Shown here piece by piece: positions 20,195-30,021 of a stretch of 64,000 bases of DNA. This DNA comes from Candidatus Dormiibacterota bacterium. Lineage in GTDB: Bacteria > Chloroflexota > Dormibacteria > Aeolococcales > Aeolococcaceae. The stretch's first letter is position 1. Every line of letters starts with the position of its first letter. The stretch is taken from positions 96,001 to 160,000 of the forward strand of contig CAVPXI010000016.1 in the NCBI GenBank assembly GCA_963709585.1, read 5' to 3'. The notes under the pieces are model-generated. The model saw only the letters and a list, made by a program, of their open reading frames with translations. It was not told the origin of the DNA and searched no databases. The position numbers and the translations under genes were made by a program.

Positions 20195-20959
20195 GTGTTC
20201 GTGGACAGGGTGCGCAGACCGATCACGATCGTCACCGGGGCCGGCAGGGGCATCGGCGCCGCGACCGCGCTCCACCTTGCTCAGATCGGTCACGACGTCA
20301 CCGTGAATTACCGGCAGGATCGCGCCGCGGCGGATCGTGTCGTTGCGATGGCCGAGGCATCCGGTGCTCGAGCAATCGCGGTCCAGGCCGACGTCACGCA
20401 AGAAGACGACGTCGCTCGGCTGTTCGCGACGACCCGCGAGAGCCTCGGAGCGGCGGAGTGCCTGGTCAACAACGCGGGCGCGACACTCCATATTGGTGAC
20501 CTCGCCGACACCCCGGTGGCAACGATCAGGTCGGTCATCGACGTCAACCTCCTCAGCGTGATTCTCTGTGCACGTCGCGCCGCCCTGCTGATGTCCACCA
20601 GCCGCGGCGGTGGCGGGGGCGCCATCGTGAACGTCTCCTCGGCGGCAGCGACCTTGGGCAGCGCGCACGAGTACGTTCACTACGCGGCCGCGAAGGCCGG
20701 CGTCGACGCCCTGACCATCGGGCTCGCGAAGGAGCTTGCCGACGACGGTATCCGGGTCAATGCGGTGGCTCCCGGCGTTGCCCGCACCGACATCCACGGC
20801 GCTGCCGGCGCCCCCGATCGGGCCGAGCTGGCCGCCGCCAGAATTCCGATGGGGCGCGCCGCGGGTGCGCACGAAATCGCCGTCGCCATTGCGTGGTTGC
20901 TCGGGCCCGAGGCGACCTATGTCACCGGCGCGATCCTGCGCGTGTCCGGCGGCCTGTAG
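20195..20959 (+). CDS. SDR family oxidoreductase
   Basis: TGAGRGIG, NNAG, YAAAK. Confidence 0.92.
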   Translation: MFVDRVRRPITIVTGAGRGIGAATALHLAQIGHDVTVNYRQDRAAADRVVAMAEASGARAIAVQADVTQEDDVARLFATTRESLGAAECLVNNAGATLHIGDLADTPVATIRSVIDVNLLSVILCARRAALLMSTSRGGGGGAIVNVSSAAATLGSAHEYVHYAAAKAGVDALTIGLAKELADDGIRVNAVAPGVARTDIHGAAGAPDRAELAAARIPMGRAAGAHEIAVAIAWLLGPEATYVTGAILRVSGGL

Positions 20960-21030
20960 CGAAGTGAGCTCGTTGACGGCCTCGCGTTGAGACAGGAAGA
21001 GCGCCGCCGAAACGCAGTAGTCTTGCCGCC

Positions 21031-22389
21031 GTGAAAATCGCGCCACGCCAGCTCGCCGATGCGGCAGAGATCGCCCGTCGCTGGATTCGCTATCAGGCGA
21101 TGCTCTGGGACGTTCCGGGAATCTCGTTCGGGATCAGCCATGACGCGCGCGTGGTGCTGCTGGATGCCAAGGGCACCGCGGACGTGGCGTCCGGGCGCCG
21201 CGCCACGCCGGAGGCGACCAGCTATCGCTGCGCGTCGATCACCAAGACGATGACCGCTACGCTTGTGATGCAGCAGGTTGAAGCTGGCAGGATGCGCCTC
21301 GACGAGCCGATTGCTTCGTATCTGGGTTGGACGCTCCGGCTGCCGCACGCGAGGGAGATCACCCTGCGCCATCTGCTCATTCACGGCGGCGGCGTGATTC
21401 GTGACGGCTCGAATTGCTGGGGTGACGATGACTTCCCAGATCGAGACACCGTGCACAGGGAACTGCGGCGGCAACTCACGTTCGCCGAGCCCGCGACGAC
21501 CTTCCGCTACTCGAACCTCGCATATGTGCTTCTCGGCGAGGCACTCGAGGCGGTGACCGGGAGGCCCTTCGAGGCGATCCTGCAACGGAATGTGCTGCGA
21601 CCGCTGGGGCTGAAAGGAAGCGCTCCATCGGTGACGCCGCCCGTCCGAAGGACGCTCGCCACCGGCTATTACCATCGTCGTCCCGGCGAGGAGCCACATC
21701 CGGCGCGACACCCCGACGCGCGCGCCTTCGGGCCCGCGGGAGGCCTCGTCTCGACGGTGCCGGACCTTCTCAGCTATCAGCATGCCCATTTCCCTGGAGC
21801 AGGCGATCTCGTGTCGGACCTCTCACGGCGTGAGATGCAGCGCACTCAGTGGCAGCGACGTGAAGAACCGAATCACGGACTCGGCTGGATGATCTGGCAC
21901 GTCGACGGCGTTGACATCCGCGGTCACAGCGGCGGGTTTCCCGGGTTCACCACCAAGATCGGGTTCTCGCCGGAGTGGGGCCTTGCCGCGGCGGTCCTCA
22001 GCAACATCAACGGTCCGGTGCCGAGCCTCGCGCTCGACATGGTCTTCCACAGTGCGGCCTGGGTGGTGCGGCGATGGGATGATGCCTCCAAGACGGCGCA
22101 TGGACATTCGCGTGCGAGCCTCGGCCGCTTCGCCGGCCACTACCGCGGCGACATCGACGAGATCACGATCGCGCGCATCAATCGTTCGCTGTATCTGATC
22201 GATCCCGAGATGGTGATGCCGCTGGCGTCAGCCGCACGATTGCGGCCGGACGGTGCGCGGCGTTTCACCATCGTCGAGGGCGACGACTACGGCCACTTCG
22301 GGGAAGAGGTGAAGTTCGCGGTGGACCGGGCAGGGCATGCCACGGCAATGCAATATGGGCCCCACACCCTCCATCCAGCGGATGTCTAG
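21031..22389 (+). CDS. Serine hydrolase, beta-lactamase (class C-like) family
   Basis: SITK, YSN and HSG motifs. Confidence 0.88.
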   Translation: MKIAPRQLADAAEIARRWIRYQAMLWDVPGISFGISHDARVVLLDAKGTADVASGRRATPEATSYRCASITKTMTATLVMQQVEAGRMRLDEPIASYLGWTLRLPHAREITLRHLLIHGGGVIRDGSNCWGDDDFPDRDTVHRELRRQLTFAEPATTFRYSNLAYVLLGEALEAVTGRPFEAILQRNVLRPLGLKGSAPSVTPPVRRTLATGYYHRRPGEEPHPARHPDARAFGPAGGLVSTVPDLLSYQHAHFPGAGDLVSDLSRREMQRTQWQRREEPNHGLGWMIWHVDGVDIRGHSGGFPGFTTKIGFSPEWGLAAAVLSNINGPVPSLALDMVFHSAAWVVRRWDDASKTAHGHSRASLGRFAGHYRGDIDEITIARINRSLYLIDPEMVMPLASAARLRPDGARRFTIVEGDDYGHFGEEVKFAVDRAGHATAMQYGPHTLHPADV

Positions 22390-24755
22390 GAGGTCGTTCG
22401 ATCCGCCGCGATGACGAGGTCGTGTAGAAGCTGAAGCCGGCTCTCGCGGTCGCGAACGAACCGTCCGATGCCCTCGAGAAGGTATGCCGTGGTCAGGTGC
22501 GCCTCGTCCATGACCTCGTCGACCGAGCCACCGGTGCGCCACCGGTTGTCCCAGTCGGCACCCATCGAATACTCCGCACCCAGCGGCCCGTCGACCCAGT
22601 CACGCATGAGCTTGACGGTCCGATTGGTGATCGCCATCGCATCGAGCCGGTCGGCGGGAGCGATCACGCTGTCGCGATACGAGGCGGGTTGCCTGCGAAA
22701 CAGCTGCGGGCTGAGGGCGGCGACGACCTTCACGTTGAGGCCAAGACTGTCAAGATCAGGTAGCGCCTTGACGAGGTTCGCGGTCGTCGTCGTCCCCTGC
22801 ACGAACACCGTCCCCATCGGGCGGAGGTCGGTCCGGAAATGCCGGAGCACGTAGGCGCCGCGTGCCGCCTCGAAATGACTCGGCATGCCGAGCGCCTCGC
22901 GGTCGGGTAGCTCGATCGCCGGTCGCGTGAGATGGAGCGCGATGATCGGCACATCGGTGGCGAGCGCGGCGGCGAGCACCACGGGTACCTCGTTGTACTC
23001 CCACGGGTGCAGGTCGATGACCTTGCCCTCGGGAAACAGTTGGGTAACCCCGGGCTCGTAGATCCCGAAGTGAGTTCGCGAGTCCTCGGCGGTCTCCGGG
23101 CCCGAGTGACCGGCCACCCAGAGCACCTTGCCGACCTTCAGCTCGCAATCCTGGGCGAGCTGACTGAATAGCCGCATCTCACCGTATTTGAGATAGCTGA
23201 ACGAACCGTAGGTCGAGCACGCGCCCCAGAAACCGTTGAACGACGTGAACGGCTCGGACGACAGGTTCACCGACGCGAGCCCGACGATCATGCCTGCGTT
23301 GGTGAACTCGGTGATCTCGGTGGGGAGCAGCGCGCCGCCTGGATTCGAATCGCGTTCGTACCATCCGTATCCGGGCATGTCGCCGAAATCCTTGCTGAAG
23401 CCGGAGAGGTTCGTCGAATCGGCGAGGTCTGCTGACGCTGCGATGAAGAGCGGACGCCCGTAGTCCTGTCTCGCCATCGCGTTCACCCACGAGCTCCACG
23501 CGCCGAATGCCGTGCGGTTCGCCTGCTTCTCGCCCGGCTTCTTGTAGAGCGCAGCCGGATAGCTCCGGAAATCGGTCAGGCGCGGATCGCTGAAGACGTC
23601 TGCGCCATGACCGCCCACTCTGAGCCCGTCGACCTGCTCGGGTACCTGCGCAGCCAGCTCGATGAGGCGGTTCGAGATCGCATCGACAACCTCTGCGTGA
23701 TCCGCGAGCACGCCTGCCGCGCGGCGCAGGTTCTCCGCCGCCTGCTCATGGAGGGCACCGGGATCCGAGGGGGCAGGCTCGTCGACACCGGCATAGCTCG
23801 CCCCGTACTTCGCCATGAACGCCTTGCGCAGCTCCCAGAACGGCGCACTGTTCATGGCGTGTGGGGAGCCGTGATTCTTGTTGTCGTATTTGCCGTAGCC
23901 GCGTCCTTTTCGGGTTCGGAACCAGGCGACCGACGGCACCCGGTCGGGATTCTCGCCGCACGCCACCTCGAGGATCGCCCTGGTCACCGGCGACCACTCC
24001 GAGCCGTCCATGGTCCCCGCCACCCGCCAGTTGTAGGATCCGAACCAGGTTGCGGGTGTTCCCGGAACGACCGATGACGCAGCGAAATCGTCGATGCCGA
24101 AGTCGTTCCAGTCGAGGAGGAAGATGAGGTTCGCGAGGCCGAGACCCCAGGCGGCATTGCGCGTCTCGTGGCTCGCCCCGGCGGTCAGGCCGCCCTCACC
24201 CTCGACAACGAAGACCCGCACATCGCCCGCCCCGGCAAGCTTCAGGGCGAGGGCCTCGCCGGCAGAGGGAGGCATCCCGTGGCCGGACGGACCGGTGTTG
24301 AACTTGAGGAACAGGGTCTTACCCGCCATCTCGGGGTGGCCCGGAAGACCGCCGCGGTGGCGCAGCGTGGTCAGGTGCTCGGGGAGCAGGGCCCAGCGCC
24401 CGTCCTCGGGCAGGGTGAAGGCAGGATTCGGGTCGCGTGCGCCCCGCAGGCGGAGCGTCTCATTGAGCGCGGCGAGCGTGGCGTAGACGACTGGAACCGT
24501 GTGTCCCGCGGAGAGCACGAATCGGTCCGCGAAGGGAAGCCACGGACGGCGGATGTCCCAACGCATCGCACCCGACAGCATGGTCGCGAGCAGCAGATGG
24601 ACCTTGGAGCGTGATCCACCTGGGTGCCCGCTCTGGCGGTAGTTCAGGGCGAGGTCGATGAACTCGTCGACGACGTCCTTGACCACCTCCCACACCGGGA
24701 AGGACGCCTCCGCGTCCGCGTATAGGCGTTCGGAAGTCTCCACGCTTGTGCACAA
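22386..24755 (-). CDS. Transketolase-like ThDP enzyme
   Basis: SGHPGG, DRFVLSAGH, GHPE, TGPSGHG, ADLADS. Variant ThDP motif GEGG...N. Confidence 0.8.
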   Translation of the reverse strand: MCTSVETSERLYADAEASFPVWEVVKDVVDEFIDLALNYRQSGHPGGSRSKVHLLLATMLSGAMRWDIRRPWLPFADRFVLSAGHTVPVVYATLAALNETLRLRGARDPNPAFTLPEDGRWALLPEHLTTLRHRGGLPGHPEMAGKTLFLKFNTGPSGHGMPPSAGEALALKLAGAGDVRVFVVEGEGGLTAGASHETRNAAWGLGLANLIFLLDWNDFGIDDFAASSVVPGTPATWFGSYNWRVAGTMDGSEWSPVTRAILEVACGENPDRVPSVAWFRTRKGRGYGKYDNKNHGSPHAMNSAPFWELRKAFMAKYGASYAGVDEPAPSDPGALHEQAAENLRRAAGVLADHAEVVDAISNRLIELAAQVPEQVDGLRVGGHGADVFSDPRLTDFRSYPAALYKKPGEKQANRTAFGAWSSWVNAMARQDYGRPLFIAASADLADSTNLSGFSKDFGDMPGYGWYERDSNPGGALLPTEITEFTNAGMIVGLASVNLSSEPFTSFNGFWGACSTYGSFSYLKYGEMRLFSQLAQDCELKVGKVLWVAGHSGPETAEDSRTHFGIYEPGVTQLFPEGKVIDLHPWEYNEVPVVLAAALATDVPIIALHLTRPAIELPDREALGMPSHFEAARGAYVLRHFRTDLRPMGTVFVQGTTTTANLVKALPDLDSLGLNVKVVAALSPQLFRRQPASYRDSVIAPADRLDAMAITNRTVKLMRDWVDGPLGAEYSMGADWDNRWRTGGSVDEVMDEAHLTTAYLLEGIGRFVRDRESRLQLLHDLVIAADRTTS

Positions 24756-24775
24756 TAGCCGTCCAGGAGAACCGC

Positions 24776-25993
24776 ATGACGACGACCGTCCCCGTCGAAA
24801 TCCAGGACGCGATCCATCAAGCGACCAGTGCGTGCGCCGATGAGTTGATCGCCACCTCGCGCGCGATTCATGCGCTCGCCGAGATCGGCTTCGAGGAGGT
24901 CGAGTCGTCGCGTCTGCTCAGCGGCGTCATCGAGCAGCACGGCTTCCGCGTCGAGCGCGGCGTGTCGGGGATGCCGACGGCGTTCGTGGCACGGCACGGA
25001 AATGCCGGCCCCCATGTTGCTTTTGTCTGCGAGTACGACGCGCTCCGCGGCCTCGGCCACGCATGCGGACACAACCTCATCGCCACGTCGTCGGCGGGTG
25101 CCGGCATCGCGCTTGCCCGCTCGCTGGAGGCTCGTGGTGTCGCCGCCCGCGTGACCATCGTTGGCGCGCCCGCCGAGGAAGGTGGTGGCGGCAAGATTCC
25201 TCTCTGCCACGACGGAATGTTCGACGACTGCGACGCCGTGCTCATCTTTCACCCGTCGGACCGAACCGCATCGACGCAGTACGCGCTGGCGTGCACTCAC
25301 TGGGAGTGGACGTTCCGTGGCAAGGCGGCTCACGCGGCGGGACATCCGGACCATGGGATCAATGCGCTGGACGCGTTCGTGCACGCGTACAACGGTGTTT
25401 CGCTCTGGCGCCAGCAACTGCGCGACGACGCGCGGGTTCACGGATTCATCGTCGAGGGGGGCACGGCTCCGAACATCATCCCGGAGCTCACCCGTGGCGA
25501 ATTTCTGACGCGTGCGCGCGACGGCGACTACCTGCGCAGCATGAACATCCGTTTCCGAGCGATCTTCCAGGCGGCCGCGCAGGCAACCGGCTGCGAACTG
25601 CAGCTCGACGAGAAGGAGACCTACCTCGACCTCCGTTCGAACCCGGTCCTCGCCGAGCGCGCCAGCCTGCACCTCGCCGCCGTGGGGCTCACCGAGGATC
25701 GCGTCATCCCATGGGAGCGCACCGGCTCGACCGACGTCGGCGACGTCTCGTATGCGGCGCCGACCCTCCACCCTGAATTCGCGATCGCTGACGAGGGCAT
25801 CGGCCCGCATACGCACGCCTTTCGCGAAGCTGCGCTGTCACCGCGCGGCGAGGCCGCGATGCTGAAGGCCGCCGAGGTGCTGGGCAGGATCGGCGCCGAT
25901 GTGATCTTCGACCCGGATGTCCGCCGCGGCGTGCGCGACGCGTTTCTCGCCCAGGCGCAGCACCGTGCGCAATGGGCCGGTACGGAGGCGTAG
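24776..25993 (+). CDS. M20 family amidohydrolase
   Basis: EYDAL, HACGHN, PAEEGGGGK, GSTDVG. Confidence 0.9.
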   Translation: MTTTVPVEIQDAIHQATSACADELIATSRAIHALAEIGFEEVESSRLLSGVIEQHGFRVERGVSGMPTAFVARHGNAGPHVAFVCEYDALRGLGHACGHNLIATSSAGAGIALARSLEARGVAARVTIVGAPAEEGGGGKIPLCHDGMFDDCDAVLIFHPSDRTASTQYALACTHWEWTFRGKAAHAAGHPDHGINALDAFVHAYNGVSLWRQQLRDDARVHGFIVEGGTAPNIIPELTRGEFLTRARDGDYLRSMNIRFRAIFQAAAQATGCELQLDEKETYLDLRSNPVLAERASLHLAAVGLTEDRVIPWERTGSTDVGDVSYAAPTLHPEFAIADEGIGPHTHAFREAALSPRGEAAMLKAAEVLGRIGADVIFDPDVRRGVRDAFLAQAQHRAQWAGTEA

Positions 25994-26046
25994 CCGGGGA
26001 GCGGAGCGACGACCCCCGCACCGCACTTCCCCGGGGGATGCACTGG

Positions 26047-27066
26047 TCAGGAGGGCGCTTCGGGTTTGCGAGCCCGGCTCGGTGCGACGCGCGACGGTTC
26101 CCCGGGCATCTTCGGGTACTGGGGCGGCCACGGCGCGTCGACCTGTCCCGCGGCAGTGTCGCGCTCGTGGAGCGCGAGCACCGGTTCGAGCGACTGTGGT
26201 GCAGCCGACATCGGCTGCCACGGGTCACCGTTTCGGGAAACACGAGGCGGCACCGTCACGATGGTGAGCGCATCGGGTGTGATCGCATCCAGCTCATCCC
26301 ACGAGAAGGGGGTCGAGACCTGCGCCCCGGGACGCGCGCGTACCGACCAGGCGCCGAAAATCGTCTTGTGCGGCGCATTCTGGTTGAAGTCGACGAAGAC
26401 TCGGCGTCCTCGTTCCTCCTTCCACCAGGCGCCGGTGATGAGATCGGGGCGGCGGCGCTCGAGCTCCCGGGCGACGGCCACCGCCGACGAACGCACCTCG
26501 TACGAGGTCCAGCGCGGTTGCAAGCGGACGTACACGTGGATGCCGCGGTTGCCGGTCGTCTTGGGAAGACACGCCACCCCAAGCTCGTCGAACAGCGCGC
26601 GAACCTCACGTGCCGCCTTCTGCACCATCGGGAACACAACGCCAGGGCTCGGGTCGAGGTCGATCCGGAGCTCGTCGGCGTGCTCGGGGTCCGATGCCTG
26701 CGACGGCCAGACGTGGAATCCAAGGCATCCGAGGTTGACCGCCCAGAGCACGTGAGCCAGGTCGGCCGCAACCAGGGCGCGAGACGTGGTCCCGTTGGGC
26801 GTGGTGACGATGGTGGTCTCGAGCCAGTCGGGACGGGAGTCCGGGACGCGCTTCTGAAAGAAAGACGGCCCGCTCGCCCCGTTGGGGAAACGCTGGAGCA
26901 GCACCGGGCGCCCACCCATGGCACGGAGCAACGGCTCCTCGACCGCCTGGTAGTAGCGGACAAGGTCAAGCTTGGTCTCGCCCCGCTCGTTGAAATAGAC
27001 CTTGCCGGGGTTGGTGATCGGGATCTCGCGACCACCCGCTTCGACCATGACGACGTCATCAGCCAT
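26047..27066 (-). CDS. Stand-alone LigD-type primase-polymerase (Prim-PolC-like)
   Basis: RFPNG..FFQK, RIDLDP, KTTGNRGIH, FVDFNQN. No ligase or phosphoesterase domain. Confidence 0.88.
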   Translation of the reverse strand: MADDVVMVEAGGREIPITNPGKVYFNERGETKLDLVRYYQAVEEPLLRAMGGRPVLLQRFPNGASGPSFFQKRVPDSRPDWLETTIVTTPNGTTSRALVAADLAHVLWAVNLGCLGFHVWPSQASDPEHADELRIDLDPSPGVVFPMVQKAAREVRALFDELGVACLPKTTGNRGIHVYVRLQPRWTSYEVRSSAVAVARELERRRPDLITGAWWKEERGRRVFVDFNQNAPHKTIFGAWSVRARPGAQVSTPFSWDELDAITPDALTIVTVPPRVSRNGDPWQPMSAAPQSLEPVLALHERDTAAGQVDAPWPPQYPKMPGEPSRVAPSRARKPEAPS

Positions 27067-27074
27067 CGGGTCGC

Positions 27075-28052
27075 TCAGTTGGTCGGGCTCACGCCGTCGC
27101 GACGTTTGACCGCGAGCGCTGAGATCGCCTCGAGAATGCACCGATGCGCGTTTTGCGAGGTCAACTCCGCCCAGTCATAGGGCGGTGCCACCTCGACCAC
27201 ATCCACCGCCACCACGTCTGTACGCAGAACGATCTGGCGGATGGCGCGGAACAGATCGACCGGTTGCATGCCGCCGGGTTCTGGCGTCCCGGTTCCGGGT
27301 GCGAACCCAGGATCGAGCACGTCGATGTCGACAGAGAGATAGATGTGATCCGGTCCGTCGAGCGCTTCGTCGATGGCGTCCTCGATGACGGGCGCCACCC
27401 CGCGATCGCGGAGTTCGCCCATGAGATGCCAGCGCATCCCCTGCGCTCGCATCCAGTCGAACACGTCCTTCGGGGGCCAGTACCCGCGCAGCCCGACCTG
27501 AACGAAATTGCGCCCCGGAATCGCACCCGATTCGATGAGACGGCGCATCGGCGAACCGTGTGAGTACAGGTTCCCCCAGACGTTGTTTCCGGTGTCCGCG
27601 TGCGCGTCGAAATGGACCATGCCAACGCTTCCGGGGGGATGCGCCGCCGCCACGGCGGTCGCCGACGGCCAGGTGATCGAGTGGTCACCACCGATGACCA
27701 TCGGGACGATGTTCCGCGTCACGACGTCACCGACATGCTGCCGGATGTCCGCGTGCGAGACCTCGGCCATGCCCGGCAGGCATCGCGCGTCGCCGTAGTC
27801 GATGACCCGAAGCACCTCGAGGGGCGCGATCTCGAGCTCGAGATGCCACTCAGCGCTCTGATAGGACGCGGTGCGGACGGCACGCGGGCCGAAGCGCGCC
27901 CCTGGCCGGTAGGTGACCCCTCCGTCCCACGGAGCGCCGATGACGGCGACGTCCGGGCGCACCTCGTCGAGCTGATGGGTGCTCGTCAGCAGGGGAACGC
28001 GGCAGAACGTCGTCGGGCCCAGGTAGGCAGGCCCGTCGTCATACCGTTGCAC
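27075..28052 (-). CDS. speB: Agmatinase / ureohydrolase family
   Basis: GARFGP, GGDHS, DAHAD, SHG, SVDIDVLDPGFAPGTGTPEPGG. Substrate not certain. Confidence 0.8.
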   Translation of the reverse strand: MQRYDDGPAYLGPTTFCRVPLLTSTHQLDEVRPDVAVIGAPWDGGVTYRPGARFGPRAVRTASYQSAEWHLELEIAPLEVLRVIDYGDARCLPGMAEVSHADIRQHVGDVVTRNIVPMVIGGDHSITWPSATAVAAAHPPGSVGMVHFDAHADTGNNVWGNLYSHGSPMRRLIESGAIPGRNFVQVGLRGYWPPKDVFDWMRAQGMRWHLMGELRDRGVAPVIEDAIDEALDGPDHIYLSVDIDVLDPGFAPGTGTPEPGGMQPVDLFRAIRQIVLRTDVVAVDVVEVAPPYDWAELTSQNAHRCILEAISALAVKRRDGVSPTN

Positions 28053-28124
28053 GGCGCGAAGACTATCGCGTCCGTCGCCGGGGTGCGAGGTGCCGTTCGG
28101 CTGCTGACGTTCCCCGCGTGCAGA

Positions 28125-28901
28125 TCAGAGAGCTCGCTGATAGGCGCGGAATGACCGAACTGCGAGGAGCCCGAACACGACCGCGAGCGCCGCGAGGCCA
28201 CCGAGCCTGGTCAGCACGATCGACCAGTCCACATTGGCGAGGATGCTCTGCCGCCCGGCCTCGACGGCCCAGTTGACCGGGTTGAAACGGGCAACGGTCT
28301 GAATCCACTCGGGCATCAGGGCCTGCGGCAGGAACACAGAGGATATGAAGCACAGCGGCAGAACGAGCATCACGTTCGCCGCAATGACGGTGTTCTGGTC
28401 GCGCAGCCGCAGTGCCAGGGTGTTGGAAAAGCAGGCCATCACCAGGCCGAGCAGCACGGCGGCGGCGACGAGCGCAAGCACGCTCAGGCCTCCACCGGCG
28501 AACCGCGCCCCGCCAAGCAGTGCCAGCCCGACAAGGATCACCGACTGGACGACGGTGAGAGTCGCCCAGTATCCGAGTTGCCCGATGAGAAAAGAGCTGC
28601 GCCGGGCCGGCGTGGAGAGAAGCCGGTCGAGCACGCCGCGCTCCATATCCGTGAGATACAGCGTCCCGCTCCATCCGTTCGAGAGGAGGGCGCTCATCAC
28701 CAGCACACCGGGCGCGAGATAGTCGATGTACGAGACGCCCGCGAAACCGGGCAGCGTGGCGACGTTCTTGAACAGCTGTCCGAAGAGAAACAACCAGATC
28801 ACCGGCTGGACGAGTTGCATCACGACGTACAGCGGCTGGCGCCAGAGTGCACGCAGATAGCGGACGGCCATGTGCGTCGGTTGCATGACGAGCGTGCTCA
28901 T
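28125..28901 (-). CDS. ABC-2 type transporter permease
   Basis: YLAPG, DMERG, NPVNWAVE; six TM segments. Confidence 0.88.
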   Translation of the reverse strand: MSTLVMQPTHMAVRYLRALWRQPLYVVMQLVQPVIWLFLFGQLFKNVATLPGFAGVSYIDYLAPGVLVMSALLSNGWSGTLYLTDMERGVLDRLLSTPARRSSFLIGQLGYWATLTVVQSVILVGLALLGGARFAGGGLSVLALVAAAVLLGLVMACFSNTLALRLRDQNTVIAANVMLVLPLCFISSVFLPQALMPEWIQTVARFNPVNWAVEAGRQSILANVDWSIVLTRLGGLAALAVVFGLLAVRSFRAYQRAL

Positions 28902-29893
28902 CGCGAATCTCCTGCATGTGTGGCGCTGAAGCTGCGCCCGGTGTGGCTGAGGTAGACGTCGTCCAGGGAAGGCCGCGACACGGTGACCGACGCCACCGTC
29001 ACGCCGGCGGCATCGAGCGCCGCGAGGACGCCGGGAACCGCGCGCGCGCCGTCGTCGACGCGGGCGTGAACCGCGCGACCCTCGGCGGTGAGGTCTCGAA
29101 GCCACCCGCTTCGGGGGCTCAGGGCGCGGAGGGCATCGCCAATCACGGCATCTGCGTCGAGTTGGATATTGATCGCATCGCCGAGCAGCCGGCTCTTGAG
29201 CTGATCGGGGGTCCCATCGGTAACCACCCGACCCTCGTCGATGATCGCCAGACGGTGAGCCAGATGGTCGGCCTCATCGAGGTAATGCGTGGTCAGGAGC
29301 ACGGACACGCCGTCGCATGCAGCGAGGCGATGGATCTCGGACCAGAGGCTGCTGCGCGCCTCGGGATCCAATCCCGTGGTGGGCTCGTCGAGAAAGAGCA
29401 CCTCGGGCTGATGCACCAGCCCCATTGCAACGCCGAGCTTGCGGCGCATGCCTCCCGAGTACGTGCGCGCCAGGCGGTCGGCCGCGTCAGTGAGCTGGAA
29501 TCTGTCGAGCAGCTCGGCAACCCGGCGTCGCCCGTCGCGGCTCCCCATTCCATACATCTGTGCTTGCAGGGTGATGTTCTCGCGACCCGTCGCCTCGAGG
29601 TCGACGGCATCCTTCTGGGCGACGCAGCCGATGATCCGCCGGACGCCCCGGGGATTGGCGATGACATCGATCCCGGCGACGCGTGCCCGACCGGCATCCG
29701 GGTGGGTCATCGTCGTGAGGATCTTCACCGCAGTGGACTTACCGGCCCCATTGGGACCGAGGAGGGCGAAGATCGTTCCGCGCTCCACCTGGAAGCTCAG
29801 GCCACGGAGCGCGACGACGTCCTTGCCGTACCTCTTCTCGAGATGCTGGGCCTCGATGGCGAACGGTCCGAAGGCGGCCACTGCGGCATTCAT
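28898..29893 (-). CDS. DrrA-like ABC transporter ATP-binding protein
   Basis: GPNGAGKS, YSGGM, LFLDEPTTGLD. Confidence 0.92.
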   Translation of the reverse strand: MNAAVAAFGPFAIEAQHLEKRYGKDVVALRGLSFQVERGTIFALLGPNGAGKSTAVKILTTMTHPDAGRARVAGIDVIANPRGVRRIIGCVAQKDAVDLEATGRENITLQAQMYGMGSRDGRRRVAELLDRFQLTDAADRLARTYSGGMRRKLGVAMGLVHQPEVLFLDEPTTGLDPEARSSLWSEIHRLAACDGVSVLLTTHYLDEADHLAHRLAIIDEGRVVTDGTPDQLKSRLLGDAINIQLDADAVIGDALRALSPRSGWLRDLTAEGRAVHARVDDGARAVPGVLAALDAAGVTVASVTVSRPSLDDVYLSHTGRSFSATHAGDSR

Positions 29894-29913
29894 GCGAAGG
29901 CGCTCCTTTTGAG

Positions 29914-29972
29914 CTAACGTTGTTAGGTCGATCGAGGAGCGAAATGTACCCCTAACGGTGTTAGTCTGTCAA
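29914..29972. promoter_or_regulatory. Two TetR-type operators and the ABC operon promoter
   Basis: CTAACGTTGTTAG (29914-29926) and CTAACGGTGTTAG (29952-29964). The minus-strand TTGACA-N18-TACATT promoter brackets the second operator. Confidence 0.75.
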
Positions 29973-30021
29973 GTATGGTGGTCATAGTGTCCAGTCCAAT
30001 GAGCAACCCGGCGGAACGGGC

